A model generated the notes under the pieces. The model saw only the letters and a list, made by a program, of their open reading frames with translations. It did no database searches and had not been told where the DNA came from. From contig JAHBVB010000002.1 in NCBI GenBank assembly GCA_019637805.1, positions 916,981-980,980 of the forward strand: DNA of 64,000 nucleotides. The letters are read 5' to 3'. Of the stretch, positions 9,022 to 18,563 are shown one piece after another. Every line of letters starts with the position of its first letter. Within the stretch, counting starts at the first letter, position 1. Origin of the DNA: Anaerolineales bacterium. Its GTDB lineage: Bacteria; Chloroflexota; Anaerolineae; Anaerolineales; UBA11579. The position numbers and the translations under genes were made by a program.

Positions 9022-10017
9022 TCACACCATCGCCAGGGCCACGCCGATCATGGCAAACAACAGGCTGACCAGCCAAAAACGCTGCACGATCTGGGTTTCA
9101 CTCCAGCCGGAAAGTTCGAAATGCAAGTGGATAGGCGACATCTTGAACAGACGCCGGCCGCCCGTCAAGCGGAAATAGCCCACCTGCAAGACCACGCTTA
9201 GGATCTCGCTGGTCGGGATAATGCAAATGATGGGGTACAGGATCCAGTGCCCGGTCATCAGCGCAACCACACCCAGGGTGGCGCCCAAAGCCATCGAACC
9301 CGTATCGCCCATGATCAGCTGGGCCGGGTGCACGTTGAACCACAAAAACCCGAACAAGGCGCCCACCAGGGTGAAACAGAACTGGCCCAGAAAGACCTGG
9401 CCTTGCAGTAAGGCAATCCCACCGAAGGTGGCAAAAGCCGTGGCGGCGATCAGGCCAGACAGGCCGTCCAACCCATCCGTAAAGTTGACCGCATTGGCCG
9501 AGCCAGCAATGATGATCATCGCCACGGGATAGAAGAGCCAACCCAGGTCGAATTCATTGCGAAAGCCCGGCAGGTACATGTCCGGCACATGCAGATAGTC
9601 GTGCAGCACAAAAGCCAGGATACCGGCCAGCAGCATTTGGATCAGGAACTTGGTGCGGGCACGCATGCCCTCACCGATCTCACGCTGGCGCAGTTTGCGC
9701 CAGTCGTCCAGGCCGCCCAGCGCGCCAAAAGCGATCATGGCGCCCAGCGGCACCAGGATGGAGCGACCGATGCCGCTGAGACCGATCAGAGGCACCGCGT
9801 TGAGCAGAATGGTGACCAAGAGCACCGGCAGAATGAACATCACCCCACCCATGGTGGGCGTGCCGACTTTCACTGTGTGGTGCCGCTGCGGGGCCTCCAG
9901 GCGGATGCTGTCGCCCACTTTGAGTGAACGCAAAGTGCGGATCAGCGGCCCACCCCAAATGACCGTCATAATGAAGCTGACCCCGGCAAGCACCAAGGCG
10001 GCGCCGCTACCACTCAT
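9022..10017 (-). CDS. mraY: Phospho-N-acetylmuramoyl-pentapeptide transferase
   Basis: Polytopic membrane protein with VGTPTMGG, NAVNFTDGLDGL and GDTGSMALG motifs. Confidence 0.94.
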   Translation of the reverse strand: MSGSGAALVLAGVSFIMTVIWGGPLIRTLRSLKVGDSIRLEAPQRHHTVKVGTPTMGGVMFILPVLLVTILLNAVPLIGLSGIGRSILVPLGAMIAFGALGGLDDWRKLRQREIGEGMRARTKFLIQMLLAGILAFVLHDYLHVPDMYLPGFRNEFDLGWLFYPVAMIIIAGSANAVNFTDGLDGLSGLIAATAFATFGGIALLQGQVFLGQFCFTLVGALFGFLWFNVHPAQLIMGDTGSMALGATLGVVALMTGHWILYPIICIIPTSEILSVVLQVGYFRLTGGRRLFKMSPIHLHFELSGWSETQIVQRFWLVSLLFAMIGVALAMV

Positions 10018-11447
10018 TTTGTCTGCTCCGCTTCCCGCCGCTGTTCCAACTGCGGCACGATGGTTTCCATCTTCACAGCACGCGAACCTTTGACCAACAC
10101 TACATCGCCCGGCGAAAGCAGCCGTTTCAAGTACTCCAGCGCCACTTCGCTGTTGTCGAATTCGTGGACGGCGGCGGCATCCAGACCATTGGCCCGCGCC
10201 GTTTCGGCGATCAGATGCGCCCGTGGTCCCACGGTGACCAGCGCGTCCGCGGCTTTGGCCGCCAGCATGCCGACCATCTGGTGGCCCTGGGCTTCGTACG
10301 GGCCCAGCTCCAGCATGTCGCCCAGCACGGCGATCTTGCGGCCGTCCAGCTCGCTCAGGAGGTTGAGGGCCGCCATGGTCGATTCGGGCGAGGCATTGTA
10401 AGTGTCGTCCAACAGCAGCGACCCGTTGCGCCCAGGCACGGTCACCAGGCGCAGCTGCGGGTTGCCGATCCGCAAGCCAGTCAGAATCTCGGCCCAGTCC
10501 ATGCCTTCCACCAGGCCTACCGCAGCCGCCCGCAGGGCGGTGTGAACCGAATGGCGGCCGATCAAGGGAATACGCACATGCAGGGTTTCGCCCTGGTAGT
10601 GCAGCTGGAAGCGCACGCCGTCCAGGCCCAGGCCTTCAATATTGTCGGCCCACAAATCCGCTGCTGGATCTGTGCCGTAAAAGAATACCCGCGCGGGTGT
10701 CTCGGCGGCCATGCGCTTAACATTCTCATCATCTATGTTCAGGATAGCCACTCCGTGGCTGGGCAGCGCCCGCACCAGCTCCGCCTTGCCCTGATAAATG
10801 GCCTCTTGCGAACCGGCCCGCTCGGCATGCACCGTGCCGATGTTGGTGATCACGCCCACTTCCGGCACGGCGATGTCAGCCAGCAAGGCGATCTCACCGA
10901 TCAGGTAGAAGCCCATCTCCAGCACAGCGCACTGGTGCTCTTCGGTCAATGAAAGCACGCTCAGCGGCAGACCGATCTCATTGTTGAAATTGCCGCTGGA
11001 CTTATAGGTATTGAATCGCTGAGAGAGCACCTCAGCGGTGAGTTCTTTAGTGGTGGTCTTGCCCACACTGCCGGTAATGCCGATCACACGCAGCTGGGTC
11101 AACTTGCGGCGCCAGAAAGCCGCCGCTTTTTGCAGGGCGGCCAGGCTGTCCTCCACGCGGATGCACAGCGGCGTGGACCAGACGAAGTCGACGGCTGGCG
11201 GCCCCTGGCGCAGGTCCAGCACCGGCCAGTCGCCCGGCAGCTCACGATCCACCAGGGCCACCGTGGCTCCATTGGCAAAGGCAGCTTGCACATAGTCGTG
11301 GCCATCCACATGCTCGCCCCTGAAGGCCACAAACAGCATACCGCCCTGCGCCGCACGCGAGTCGTGCGTGGCGCCGGTCACCGGCTGCCCGGCGCCCGGC
11401 GGGCGCCGGCCGCTCAGAGCCTCAACCAGGTCGGCAATCGTCAGCAT
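10014..11447 (-). CDS. murF: UDP-N-acetylmuramoyl-tripeptide--D-alanyl-D-alanine ligase
   Basis: GITGSVGKTTTKE P-loop and the MurF-type DDTYNASPES motif. Confidence 0.92.
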   Translation of the reverse strand: MLTIADLVEALSGRRPPGAGQPVTGATHDSRAAQGGMLFVAFRGEHVDGHDYVQAAFANGATVALVDRELPGDWPVLDLRQGPPAVDFVWSTPLCIRVEDSLAALQKAAAFWRRKLTQLRVIGITGSVGKTTTKELTAEVLSQRFNTYKSSGNFNNEIGLPLSVLSLTEEHQCAVLEMGFYLIGEIALLADIAVPEVGVITNIGTVHAERAGSQEAIYQGKAELVRALPSHGVAILNIDDENVKRMAAETPARVFFYGTDPAADLWADNIEGLGLDGVRFQLHYQGETLHVRIPLIGRHSVHTALRAAAVGLVEGMDWAEILTGLRIGNPQLRLVTVPGRNGSLLLDDTYNASPESTMAALNLLSELDGRKIAVLGDMLELGPYEAQGHQMVGMLAAKAADALVTVGPRAHLIAETARANGLDAAAVHEFDNSEVALEYLKRLLSPGDVVLVKGSRAVKMETIVPQLEQRREAEQTK

Positions 11448-13219
11448 TAGTCGCCCTGCCCTTGCGCCAAGCGCTGGTTGTCGGGAGGAATATTCATCAG
11501 CACCACCAGGCGTTCGACAATATCGGCGAAGGCCGGGGCCGCCACTTCGGATGCCCAGATGGAGCTTTCAGGGCGTTCGATCCAGACAAAGACGATGAAG
11601 CGTGGGTCATCCACAGGACCCCAACCAATGAAAGAGGTGTTGGTCTGGTTGGGGTCATAAGTGCCGTTGGGCGTGGGGATCTGCGCTGTGCCGGTCTTGC
11701 CCGCCAGGCGGTAACCCGGCACCATGGCCAGCGAGGATTCGTATTCCAAAGAGTCCGCCAACATGCTGGTCATAGTGCGCGCCGTCTCGGCGGAGATGGG
11801 TGCGCCGGCATATTGCGGAGACAGGCTGTACTGCGAGCCGTCCTGCACCACGGCTTTGACAATGTGCGGAATGGCCATCTTGCCGTCATTGACAAAGGCC
11901 GACACAGACATCACCATCTGCAGCGGTGTCACCGCCAACCCCTGGCCAAAGGAGTTGGTCACCAGGTCGGAGGGATACCATCCTGCAATGGCCGGGGTGC
12001 GCAGTGAGCCCAGTTGTTCGTTGGCCATATCCACCCCCGTGGGGCGGCCAAAACCAAAAGCTTCCACGTATTCGTAAAACTTGTCCGCGCCCACCTTGTT
12101 CACAGCCAGGTCGGCCAGGCACACATTCAGTGAGTGCTGCATGCAACCCAGGATGGTCTGGTCGCCCCAGGCCGCCCCGTTCCAGTTCCGCACCGTGATA
12201 CCGCCATGACTGAACACGCCCTTGTCTGGGTAGACCTGTTCCGGGTGCGAAACTCCCATGTCAAAGGCGGCCGCGACGGTGATGACCTTGAAAATTGAGC
12301 CGGGTTCATATACCTGCCCCACGGCACGGTTGTAGGGGCGGTCACCATCATACAGTTCGGTGTATGTCTGGTAGTTGTTCAGATCCAGGCGCGGGGTAGA
12401 AGTCATCGCCAGGATCTCGCCATTGCGCGGGTCCATCACGATCGCAGTGGCCGATTCAGCGCCGCTGAGCAGAATATGCTCATCGAGCACATCTTCCACC
12501 ATGGTCTGAATTTCACGGTCCAGGGTCAGCACCAGGCTGGCCCCGCCGGGAATGTTGGGCAAAACTTCCGCCTGGTTGGGGTCGGTCGGCACCCAAATGC
12601 TTTCCGGCACTCCGGCCAGCAGATCCTGGTATTGTTGCTCCACGCCAAAGTTGCCGTAATTGTCCTGGTTGACAAAACCTAGTACATTCGAGGCCAGGTC
12701 GAATTCGGGGTAGCTGCGCGCCAAATGCTGGCGGCATTCCAAAGCGATCAGGGCGGGGTCATTGGAGCAAGCCCGGCCTTCGGAGGGTTCTCGCTCGGCA
12801 TTGTAATTGCGCAGCAGGTTGACCTTCTCCGGCAGGATATAGTCGGCCAGCACTACATAGACCAGACCATTCTCCTGTCCGTAGACGATCAACTCCAGCA
12901 CGCGGTTGTAATCGGCGCCGACCAGGGAGCCAAGCGCCAGGGCTATGGCCTTGGGCGCTTCGCCGCGGAGCGACGCAAGATTAACTCCAATTTCATATAC
13001 CGTGCGATTTCCAGCCAATAAATTACCATTGCGGTCATAGATCTCTCCCCGAGGTGGGTAGATGGTGGTGTACAGGCGACTGTAGAACTTGCTCTGGTCG
13101 ATGAAAGCTTCTGCCTGGGCGCCTGTCTGCAGAGCGAAGGCGCGCCAGAAGATCAATACGCCCACCAGGCCAAAAACCGCCGCGCTAAAGAAGTAGCGCC
13201 AGGAATGCTGCCGGGGCAT
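11447..13219 (-). CDS. ftsI: Class B penicillin-binding protein (FtsI/PBP2-type transpeptidase)
   Basis: N-terminal TM anchor, then SxxK (GSIFK), SxN (HSLN) and KTG (GKTGTA) motifs, in the dcw position. Confidence 0.88.
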   Translation of the reverse strand: MPRQHSWRYFFSAAVFGLVGVLIFWRAFALQTGAQAEAFIDQSKFYSRLYTTIYPPRGEIYDRNGNLLAGNRTVYEIGVNLASLRGEAPKAIALALGSLVGADYNRVLELIVYGQENGLVYVVLADYILPEKVNLLRNYNAEREPSEGRACSNDPALIALECRQHLARSYPEFDLASNVLGFVNQDNYGNFGVEQQYQDLLAGVPESIWVPTDPNQAEVLPNIPGGASLVLTLDREIQTMVEDVLDEHILLSGAESATAIVMDPRNGEILAMTSTPRLDLNNYQTYTELYDGDRPYNRAVGQVYEPGSIFKVITVAAAFDMGVSHPEQVYPDKGVFSHGGITVRNWNGAAWGDQTILGCMQHSLNVCLADLAVNKVGADKFYEYVEAFGFGRPTGVDMANEQLGSLRTPAIAGWYPSDLVTNSFGQGLAVTPLQMVMSVSAFVNDGKMAIPHIVKAVVQDGSQYSLSPQYAGAPISAETARTMTSMLADSLEYESSLAMVPGYRLAGKTGTAQIPTPNGTYDPNQTNTSFIGWGPVDDPRFIVFVWIERPESSIWASEVAAPAFADIVERLVVLMNIPPDNQRLAQGQGD

Positions 13220-13221
13220 GG

Positions 13222-13728
13222 CTAAAAGCCTCCCAGATCAGCGAACAACTCGCCCACCCAATCGAATAAGGATTGCGTATAGCTCTCTGGCATGCGAAAC
13301 AGCGCGCCGAAGCGGCTGCCGGCGCCGGGGGCCAGCTGCGCGCCCTGTGGACGGCCGAGATATTCGGGCACATACAAATAGGTGATGGCGTGCGGCGAGA
13401 GCGGCTTAAAGCCCAGTTCGCTGGCGCGCTGCTGCATAACTTCCGTGGAGCTGATAAAGGCCAGTTGGGTCTTCAGGTCTTCAATGCGCTGCTCAGCGTC
13501 AGAGATCTCACGGCGAGAGTACAGCACCAAGCGGCCGGCCGTGGCGGCCCGAGCAGTAATGTTCAGGTACAGAGCGCTGACGAGCGAAATCGCCACCAGC
13601 GCCGCGGCAATATAGCCGATGACCTGCATTTGGCGACGCCAAGGCGCCTGATTGTATGCTTGTAAAATGTCTTTCGAGCGTCTAAACATTTTTTCGTACT
13701 CCTCACCACTCTCGGGTGCATGGCTCAT
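13222..13728 (-). CDS. ftsL: FtsL-like cell division protein (single TM plus coiled coil)
   Basis: A single TM helix (VIGYIAAALVAISLVSALYL), a coiled-coil segment (EQRIEDLKTQL) and an ASELGFKP element. It sits between rsmH and ftsI. Confidence 0.6.
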   Translation of the reverse strand: MSHAPESGEEYEKMFRRSKDILQAYNQAPWRRQMQVIGYIAAALVAISLVSALYLNITARAATAGRLVLYSRREISDAEQRIEDLKTQLAFISSTEVMQQRASELGFKPLSPHAITYLYVPEYLGRPQGAQLAPGAGSRFGALFRMPESYTQSLFDWVGELFADLGGF

Positions 13729-13752
13729 GCCAGACCCTAGGCGAGTTTGCGA

Positions 13753-14688
13753 CTATAGCTTTTCCGCCACCCTCAGGCGCGCGCTGCGCGCTCGGGGGTT
13801 GCTGGTCACTTCCGCATCGCTGGGGCGAATGGGCTTGCGGGAAATCTCTTTCAAGCTGGCCTGGTGACCACAGGTGCAGCTCGGTTGCCCCGGAGGGCAA
13901 ATACAGTCTCGGCTTTCCTGGCGGATGAACTGCTTGACCAGACGATCCTCCAGCGAATGAAAGGAGATCACCGCCAGCCGCCCACCCGCCCGCAAAGCGG
14001 CCAGGGCCTGCGGCAGGCTGTGCTCAATGGCCTGCAGCTCGCCATTCACCACAATCCTCAGCGCTTGAAAGCTGCGCGTGGCCGGGTGAACCCCGCCCCG
14101 CTTGCCGCCCAGCACCGCCGCGATCAGCTCCGCCAGCTGTGTGGTGTTGTGCAACGGCCGGGCTTTCACGATCGCCCGGGCCAGCTTGCGGGCCTGGCGC
14201 TCCTCCGCATAATGGAAGAGCACGTCCGCCAGCTCGGCTTCATCCCAGTCATTGATGACGTCCGCCGCGGTCAACGCTGCCTGTGGGTTGAAGCGCATGT
14301 CCAGCGGGCCTTGCTGCTGGAAGGAAAAACCCCGCTCGGCATTGTCGAACTGCAGCGAGGAGCCGCCCAGATCCAGTAAGATGCCGTCCACCTCGTCCCA
14401 GCCCAATTCGCTGAGGCGCTCTGGCAGTTCCGTATAAGAGCTGTGCCGCAGGTGCGCCCGGCCGGCAAAAGTCGCCAGGCGTTCCGTGGCCCGTGTCAGG
14501 GCTTGCGCATCCACATCCAGTCCCAGCAATTGGCCGCTGGGGGCGCTGGCCGTCAGGATGCCGGCGGCGTGCCCGCCCAACCCCAGCGTGCCGTCTACGT
14601 ACCGGCCGCCATCCCGGGGCTGCAGAGCAGCCAAGACTTCTTGGTAAAGTGCAGGTATATGGGTGAACTCAGCTTGTGGGTCACCCAT
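13753..14688 (-). CDS. rsmH: 16S rRNA (cytosine1402-N4)-methyltransferase
   Basis: HIPALYQEVL, DGTLGLGGHA, DLGGSSLQFD and SFHSLEDR motifs. Confidence 0.94.
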   Translation of the reverse strand: MGDPQAEFTHIPALYQEVLAALQPRDGGRYVDGTLGLGGHAAGILTASAPSGQLLGLDVDAQALTRATERLATFAGRAHLRHSSYTELPERLSELGWDEVDGILLDLGGSSLQFDNAERGFSFQQQGPLDMRFNPQAALTAADVINDWDEAELADVLFHYAEERQARKLARAIVKARPLHNTTQLAELIAAVLGGKRGGVHPATRSFQALRIVVNGELQAIEHSLPQALAALRAGGRLAVISFHSLEDRLVKQFIRQESRDCICPPGQPSCTCGHQASLKEISRKPIRPSDAEVTSNPRARSARLRVAEKL

Positions 14689-15121
14689 TGCCAGAGGCGC
14701 TCATGTCGATCTCAGAGTAGCCTTCAGCCGCGTCCTTCATAATACGCGCCGCTTCTTCGTTCCACTCCGCTGGCGGCCAGATCTCAAAGTAATCTCCAGA
14801 GCCAACCAGCACCACATCGGCGTCCAGGCCGCGTTTGTTGCGCAAGAACTGTGGGACCATGATGCGCCCACTGCCGTCCGGCGCAATGCGTTCCGCTTGG
14901 GAAAACCACAAACGGGACAGCTGCCGCATGCGCAGGTCAGTAATGTTTTGCTCCTGCAGCACCTTACTGCGCGCTTCGAAGTATTCCTTCGGCATCACCA
15001 CCACGTTCGAATCAAAACCCATGGTGATATAGCCGCCGTCTTCCAGAAGCTGGCGGAAACGCGCCGGAACCGTCAGACGGCCCTTGGCATCAATCGAGTG
15101 GTGGTATTCTCCTAGGAACAT
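14681..15121 (-). CDS. mraZ: Transcriptional regulator MraZ
   Basis: MFLGEYHHSIDAKGRLTVPARFR plus a second DxxGR repeat (PDGSGRIMVP). I moved the start to the ATG at 15121. The longer track ORF (to 15388) would run through the promoter, the operator and a terminator. Confidence 0.93.
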   Translation of the reverse strand: MFLGEYHHSIDAKGRLTVPARFRQLLEDGGYITMGFDSNVVVMPKEYFEARSKVLQEQNITDLRMRQLSRLWFSQAERIAPDGSGRIMVPQFLRNKRGLDADVVLVGSGDYFEIWPPAEWNEEAARIMKDAAEGYSEIDMSASGNG

Positions 15122-15172
15122 AAGTTCTATCCTGTGGTTAATGGCAGAGACGCCGGAAAAAATGACCGGCGT

Positions 15173-15197
15173 CCCACTTTGCGCCACTTCGTGCCAC
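15173..15197 (-). promoter_or_regulatory. Candidate MraZ operator: three direct repeats with 10-bp periodicity
   Basis: The minus strand reads GTGGCacgaaGTGGCgcaaaGTGGG (15197 down to 15173). This lies just downstream of the -10 box and 52 nt upstream of the mraZ ATG. It matches the known MraZ-box architecture of pentamer repeats with 5-nt spacers. Confidence 0.7.
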
Positions 15198-15206
15198 AAT
15201 GAGACC

Positions 15207-15235
15207 ATTTTACGGGAATTCGCCACAGAACGCAA
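15207..15235 (-). promoter_or_regulatory. Pmra-like sigma-70 promoter of the dcw cluster
   Basis: The minus strand has TTGCGT (15235..15230), a 17-nt spacer, then TAAAAT (15212..15207). Confidence 0.6.
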
Positions 15236-15270
15236 GCGTTTTGTGGGATTTGGGCTGAATTGCCCCCTAC

Positions 15271-15299
15271 AAAAAAGTCCGCCAGGCGGCGGACTTTTT
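15271..15299 (-). terminator. Intrinsic terminator after the lipoprotein gene (A/T tracts on both sides)
   Basis: aaaaaaGTCCGCCaggcGGCGGACttttt, a 7-bp GC stem flanked by A6 and T5. It lies 22 nt downstream of the stop at 15321. Confidence 0.75.
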
Positions 15300-15320
15300 C
15301 GTAGGCAAGGGATGGTGAGA

Positions 15321-16283
15321 TTATGGCGCCAGGCGCTCGATACGAGGGTTGAGCCAGAAGCCCTTCGCCTCCAGGGAGCGGCCATCATTGTCGCGCAGCA
15401 TGAGCACCAGGCTCACCTCTTGTCCGGCCAGATCCGAGAGGTCGACGGCGATCTCATGGCTCAGTTCATCGTATTCTTCGGCCCATTCCAGCAGCGGCAG
15501 TTCGCTGCCGTCCGCCAACTGCGCTTTCACGATGAAGTTCAGCTTGCACCCCGGGTTCCCATCCATGCAACCTACCGTGGCCACAAAACGATCGCCCTCG
15601 GCCAGAGTAATTGCTGGGAAAGCGCCAAAGATAAACCCGTTGGTCTGATTGTCTGGCTTCATCTCCAGCACTGGTGGGTTTTCGCGTGTGCTGCCCTCAA
15701 GCGAGGGATTATCGTTCACGCGCACATAGCCCTCAAAGGCGCCGGTCTCGTCGTCCTCCCCTTCACAAGGCAGGAAGGTCGCCCGGGCGCTGTCCCAACG
15801 GGTCAGGCAAGCCATACTAATGAAATCATAGACGACGCCGGCAGGCAAATCGGCCACCTGCAGGGCGGCCTCCAGCGGCTGGCTGCCGTCCGCCCCCACC
15901 CCGAACCGCGCGCCCGCAGGGTTGCGCAACAGCCATTCGCCGGCATGTTCGCCGGCGCGGTCCGGCGCGGTCATGCGCAACGAGATCTCGACGATCTCGC
16001 CTGCAGGTACATCGGGCAGGGCTTGTTCCTCAACAGCGCCAAAGGTTTCGCCGCCGCTGTGCACCAAGGCATAGCCGTCTCCCCAATCGCAGGTGCCGCG
16101 GTTGGTCACCAGCCAAGTTTTGGTGAAGTGCGTGCCCGGCATCACTTCTGTGCCGTCCTGAACCGGCACATCCAGGATGACATGTTCAATAAACTCCGCC
16201 TGGTCGCAGGCAGCCGCCGAGGCTGCAGCAGAACAGGCCGCCAAAGCCAACGAGATCGCAATATAAGGAACAAGATGTTTCAT
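15321..16283 (-). CDS. Lipoprotein with an N-terminal NBR1-FW-like Ig domain, function unknown
   Basis: Signal peptide plus lipobox (SLALAAC). The segment GTHFTKTWLVTNRGTCDW is the pattern I associate with the Nbr1_FW fold. The C-terminal half is unassigned. Confidence 0.6.
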   Translation of the reverse strand: MKHLVPYIAISLALAACSAAASAAACDQAEFIEHVILDVPVQDGTEVMPGTHFTKTWLVTNRGTCDWGDGYALVHSGGETFGAVEEQALPDVPAGEIVEISLRMTAPDRAGEHAGEWLLRNPAGARFGVGADGSQPLEAALQVADLPAGVVYDFISMACLTRWDSARATFLPCEGEDDETGAFEGYVRVNDNPSLEGSTRENPPVLEMKPDNQTNGFIFGAFPAITLAEGDRFVATVGCMDGNPGCKLNFIVKAQLADGSELPLLEWAEEYDELSHEIAVDLSDLAGQEVSLVLMLRDNDGRSLEAKGFWLNPRIERLAP

Positions 16284-16304
16284 ACGAGAGATTATACCGA
16301 GTCG

Positions 16305-17372
16305 TTATCCGGGCTCAATGGCAGGCTCGGCATCTGCAGCCTGGCCCTGCATGGCTTTATAAGCTTCGGCGCGATAGGCAGCATGCAGCAAGTCCGGCAG
16401 GTTGGTTTGTGCGCCCGTAGCGCGATAGGGGGCTTTTTCCGCCCAAATGCGGTTCACCATAAAAGGCTCATCCAGCTGCAAGTCCCGCGTGTCAAAGAAC
16501 AATCCCAGGAACGGATGGCGGCTGCGCAGATCAGCCAGCCAGTCCCGCCCCACCCCTGTCGCCGAGTAGGGGAAGGAGAAGTGCACCCGCTGCGTGCCGG
16601 TGATCTGCTGCACATCTTGCGCAGAACCGACGATCTCAGCTTCGGCTTCCTGCGGCGCAAGCTGCGCGATCTTGATGTGCCGCCGGGTGTGGGCGCCAAC
16701 CGTGAAGCCGTCGCTGTGCAACTGTTGCACCTGGGCGCGGGTCATATACGGCTGGCGGTCGCGCAAATATTCCGCCATATCGATCCCCAGCATGCGTGCC
16801 GCCATATCGATCACGGGCTCGTCCACTCCGCCCAGGCTCATCACCCAGGCGCTGAAGCTGGCGGCGTCAGTCAGGCGCGTGTCCATGGCATTGTTGATGC
16901 TGGTCACCACCATCTTGACCGTGTCCGGGGCCAGCTGGCGGATGGCTTCCACGCACAGCGAGGCCTTGTTGCGATAGAACATACTCTGGTTGTCCAGCCA
17001 GTTGCTGGTGACGTAAAAAGTACAGGGAATGCCATGCTGCAGCAGCAAAGGCCGGGCGACCGTGAAGCACTCCGCAAAGCCGTCATCAAAGGAAAGGTGC
17101 AGCGCGCCCCGCGGCAGGCTGCGCCCATGCAGGCGATGCGCTTCGATCTGCTCATCCGTGACAGGGTGATAGTGCTTTTTGATATAGCGCAAAGCCGCCT
17201 CGAAGCGCTCCACCCGTTCCGGTGGATAGAGGTGCTGGATGTGCGGCAAGCGCTGGTCTGAAACGGCGTGATAGAAGACGCCCACCACATCACGCCGGAC
17301 CAGGTAAGGATAGAGTCCCAAAGGAATGGCCATGCGCACGGCTTTGGCCAATTTGCCGACGGTCTTCTTCAT
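16305..17372 (-). CDS. Polysaccharide deacetylase (NodB-homology) family protein
   Basis: HLSFDDGFAECF (the NodB DD motif) and GAHTRRH (His motif). I chose the ATG at 17372 (MKKTVGK), which forms an ATGA overlap with the upstream GNAT stop. Confidence 0.8.
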   Translation of the reverse strand: MKKTVGKLAKAVRMAIPLGLYPYLVRRDVVGVFYHAVSDQRLPHIQHLYPPERVERFEAALRYIKKHYHPVTDEQIEAHRLHGRSLPRGALHLSFDDGFAECFTVARPLLLQHGIPCTFYVTSNWLDNQSMFYRNKASLCVEAIRQLAPDTVKMVVTSINNAMDTRLTDAASFSAWVMSLGGVDEPVIDMAARMLGIDMAEYLRDRQPYMTRAQVQQLHSDGFTVGAHTRRHIKIAQLAPQEAEAEIVGSAQDVQQITGTQRVHFSFPYSATGVGRDWLADLRSRHPFLGLFFDTRDLQLDEPFMVNRIWAEKAPYRATGAQTNLPDLLHAAYRAEAYKAMQGQAADAEPAIEPG

Positions 17373-18544
17373 GTAAAGGCCATATCTCCATCGCAAAACG
17401 TCTGCGTCAGCTTTGGCAGAGCCTGGTCCAGCGGACTGCCCGGCTTGTGCGGGTGCAGCTGCAGGGTGCGCTGCTTGCGTTGCAGCAGCCAGGGGAGCCG
17501 GCCGCTCACAAAGGGTTTTGCCAGCCCAGCCGGACCCTCGATCAGGTCAGTCTGCTGGCGCGCAGCCAACTGCACAGCGGCTGCCGCCAGCAGGTCAGCC
17601 GGCGCGCCAGGCGCCAGGTGATGATCCAGCACTTTCAAGATCTTGCGGCCGCGCAGCCGGGAGCTTTGAAAGCAGGCAAAGCCCCACTCCTCGCCGCCGG
17701 GGCCGCTCAACGCCCAGGCACTCTGCACGAACTCCGCGCGGCTGTCGGTAAAGCCATAATTCAAGTCCTCGCTGGCGGACTGCCCGGCCGGCGCCACCCA
17801 TGGGTGTGCCAGCATCCAGTTCACCACCGCCTGGCTGCGCACAAAGCCGGTGTGCTCGGCAGGCAAAGCAAAGCCGGGGACTGTCTGGATGGGCTGCATG
17901 CGCAGCGCGCCGGCGGCAGGCGACAGCCGGCGGCCCAATCTGCGGTTGAGCCAGGGCCGTAAAAACGGCTTAAGCAATCTCTCGAAGAAACGATTGATGC
18001 GCGGCTCGGTCTTTTCCACTGACCAACGCACATCCAAAAAGGACAGCAGCTTACGCAGCAGACGCAAAGCCAGCGTGACCGGGTTGTACGCCGCCCAACC
18101 GCCCAGATCCAGCTGGACATACTCGAGCGGCTGGGCCTCGACAAAGCCGAACTTGGCGGAGACGCGCCGCGCCGGAGCGCTGCCGACGATGGCCAGATCT
18201 ACATCCAGATCCAAGGCGGCCTGCATCAGGGCAGAACCCAGGCCGCGGCCCAGATAGCCGGGGGCCACACCCCAGGTGGTCAGCCAATGGACCCGCGCCA
18301 GCCGGCCGCCCACCTGCAGCATGACGGCCATCAAGCCAAAGTACCCCACCGGCGCATCGCCGGCTTTGGCCAGCAACAGCACCACATCGTCCGGCTGGGC
18401 ATGCGGATTTTGGCTGTGCGCCTGGGCGCGATGAATGGTGATGGGGATAAAAGCCCCGGGAGCGGCATTGCTCACCAGGCGCGCCGCCAAGTCTGGCAGT
18501 TCAGCCAGGCGGATGTGCTCAATGGAAATGCCTTCCAAAACCAT
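17369..18544 (-). CDS. GNAT-family N-acetyltransferase with an extended C-terminal domain
   Basis: The acetyl-CoA loop is YLGRGLGSALMQAAL. I chose the start MVLEGISIEH at 18544, 19 nt below the upstream stop. The roughly 230-aa C-terminal half is unassigned. Confidence 0.7.
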   Translation of the reverse strand: MVLEGISIEHIRLAELPDLAARLVSNAAPGAFIPITIHRAQAHSQNPHAQPDDVVLLLAKAGDAPVGYFGLMAVMLQVGGRLARVHWLTTWGVAPGYLGRGLGSALMQAALDLDVDLAIVGSAPARRVSAKFGFVEAQPLEYVQLDLGGWAAYNPVTLALRLLRKLLSFLDVRWSVEKTEPRINRFFERLLKPFLRPWLNRRLGRRLSPAAGALRMQPIQTVPGFALPAEHTGFVRSQAVVNWMLAHPWVAPAGQSASEDLNYGFTDSRAEFVQSAWALSGPGGEEWGFACFQSSRLRGRKILKVLDHHLAPGAPADLLAAAAVQLAARQQTDLIEGPAGLAKPFVSGRLPWLLQRKQRTLQLHPHKPGSPLDQALPKLTQTFCDGDMAFT

Positions 18545-18563
18545 AGGGCGGATGATACCAGCC

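Noticed and set aside
15084-17261. A 725-aa plus-strand ORF, the longest non-annotated ORF in the left half
   Set aside because: It lies antisense to two minus-strand genes with clear family motifs (the NBR1-like lipoprotein and the NodB deacetylase). It crosses a terminator and the mraZ promoter. Its Arg/Ala/Gly/His-rich low-complexity composition is typical of high-GC antisense frames.
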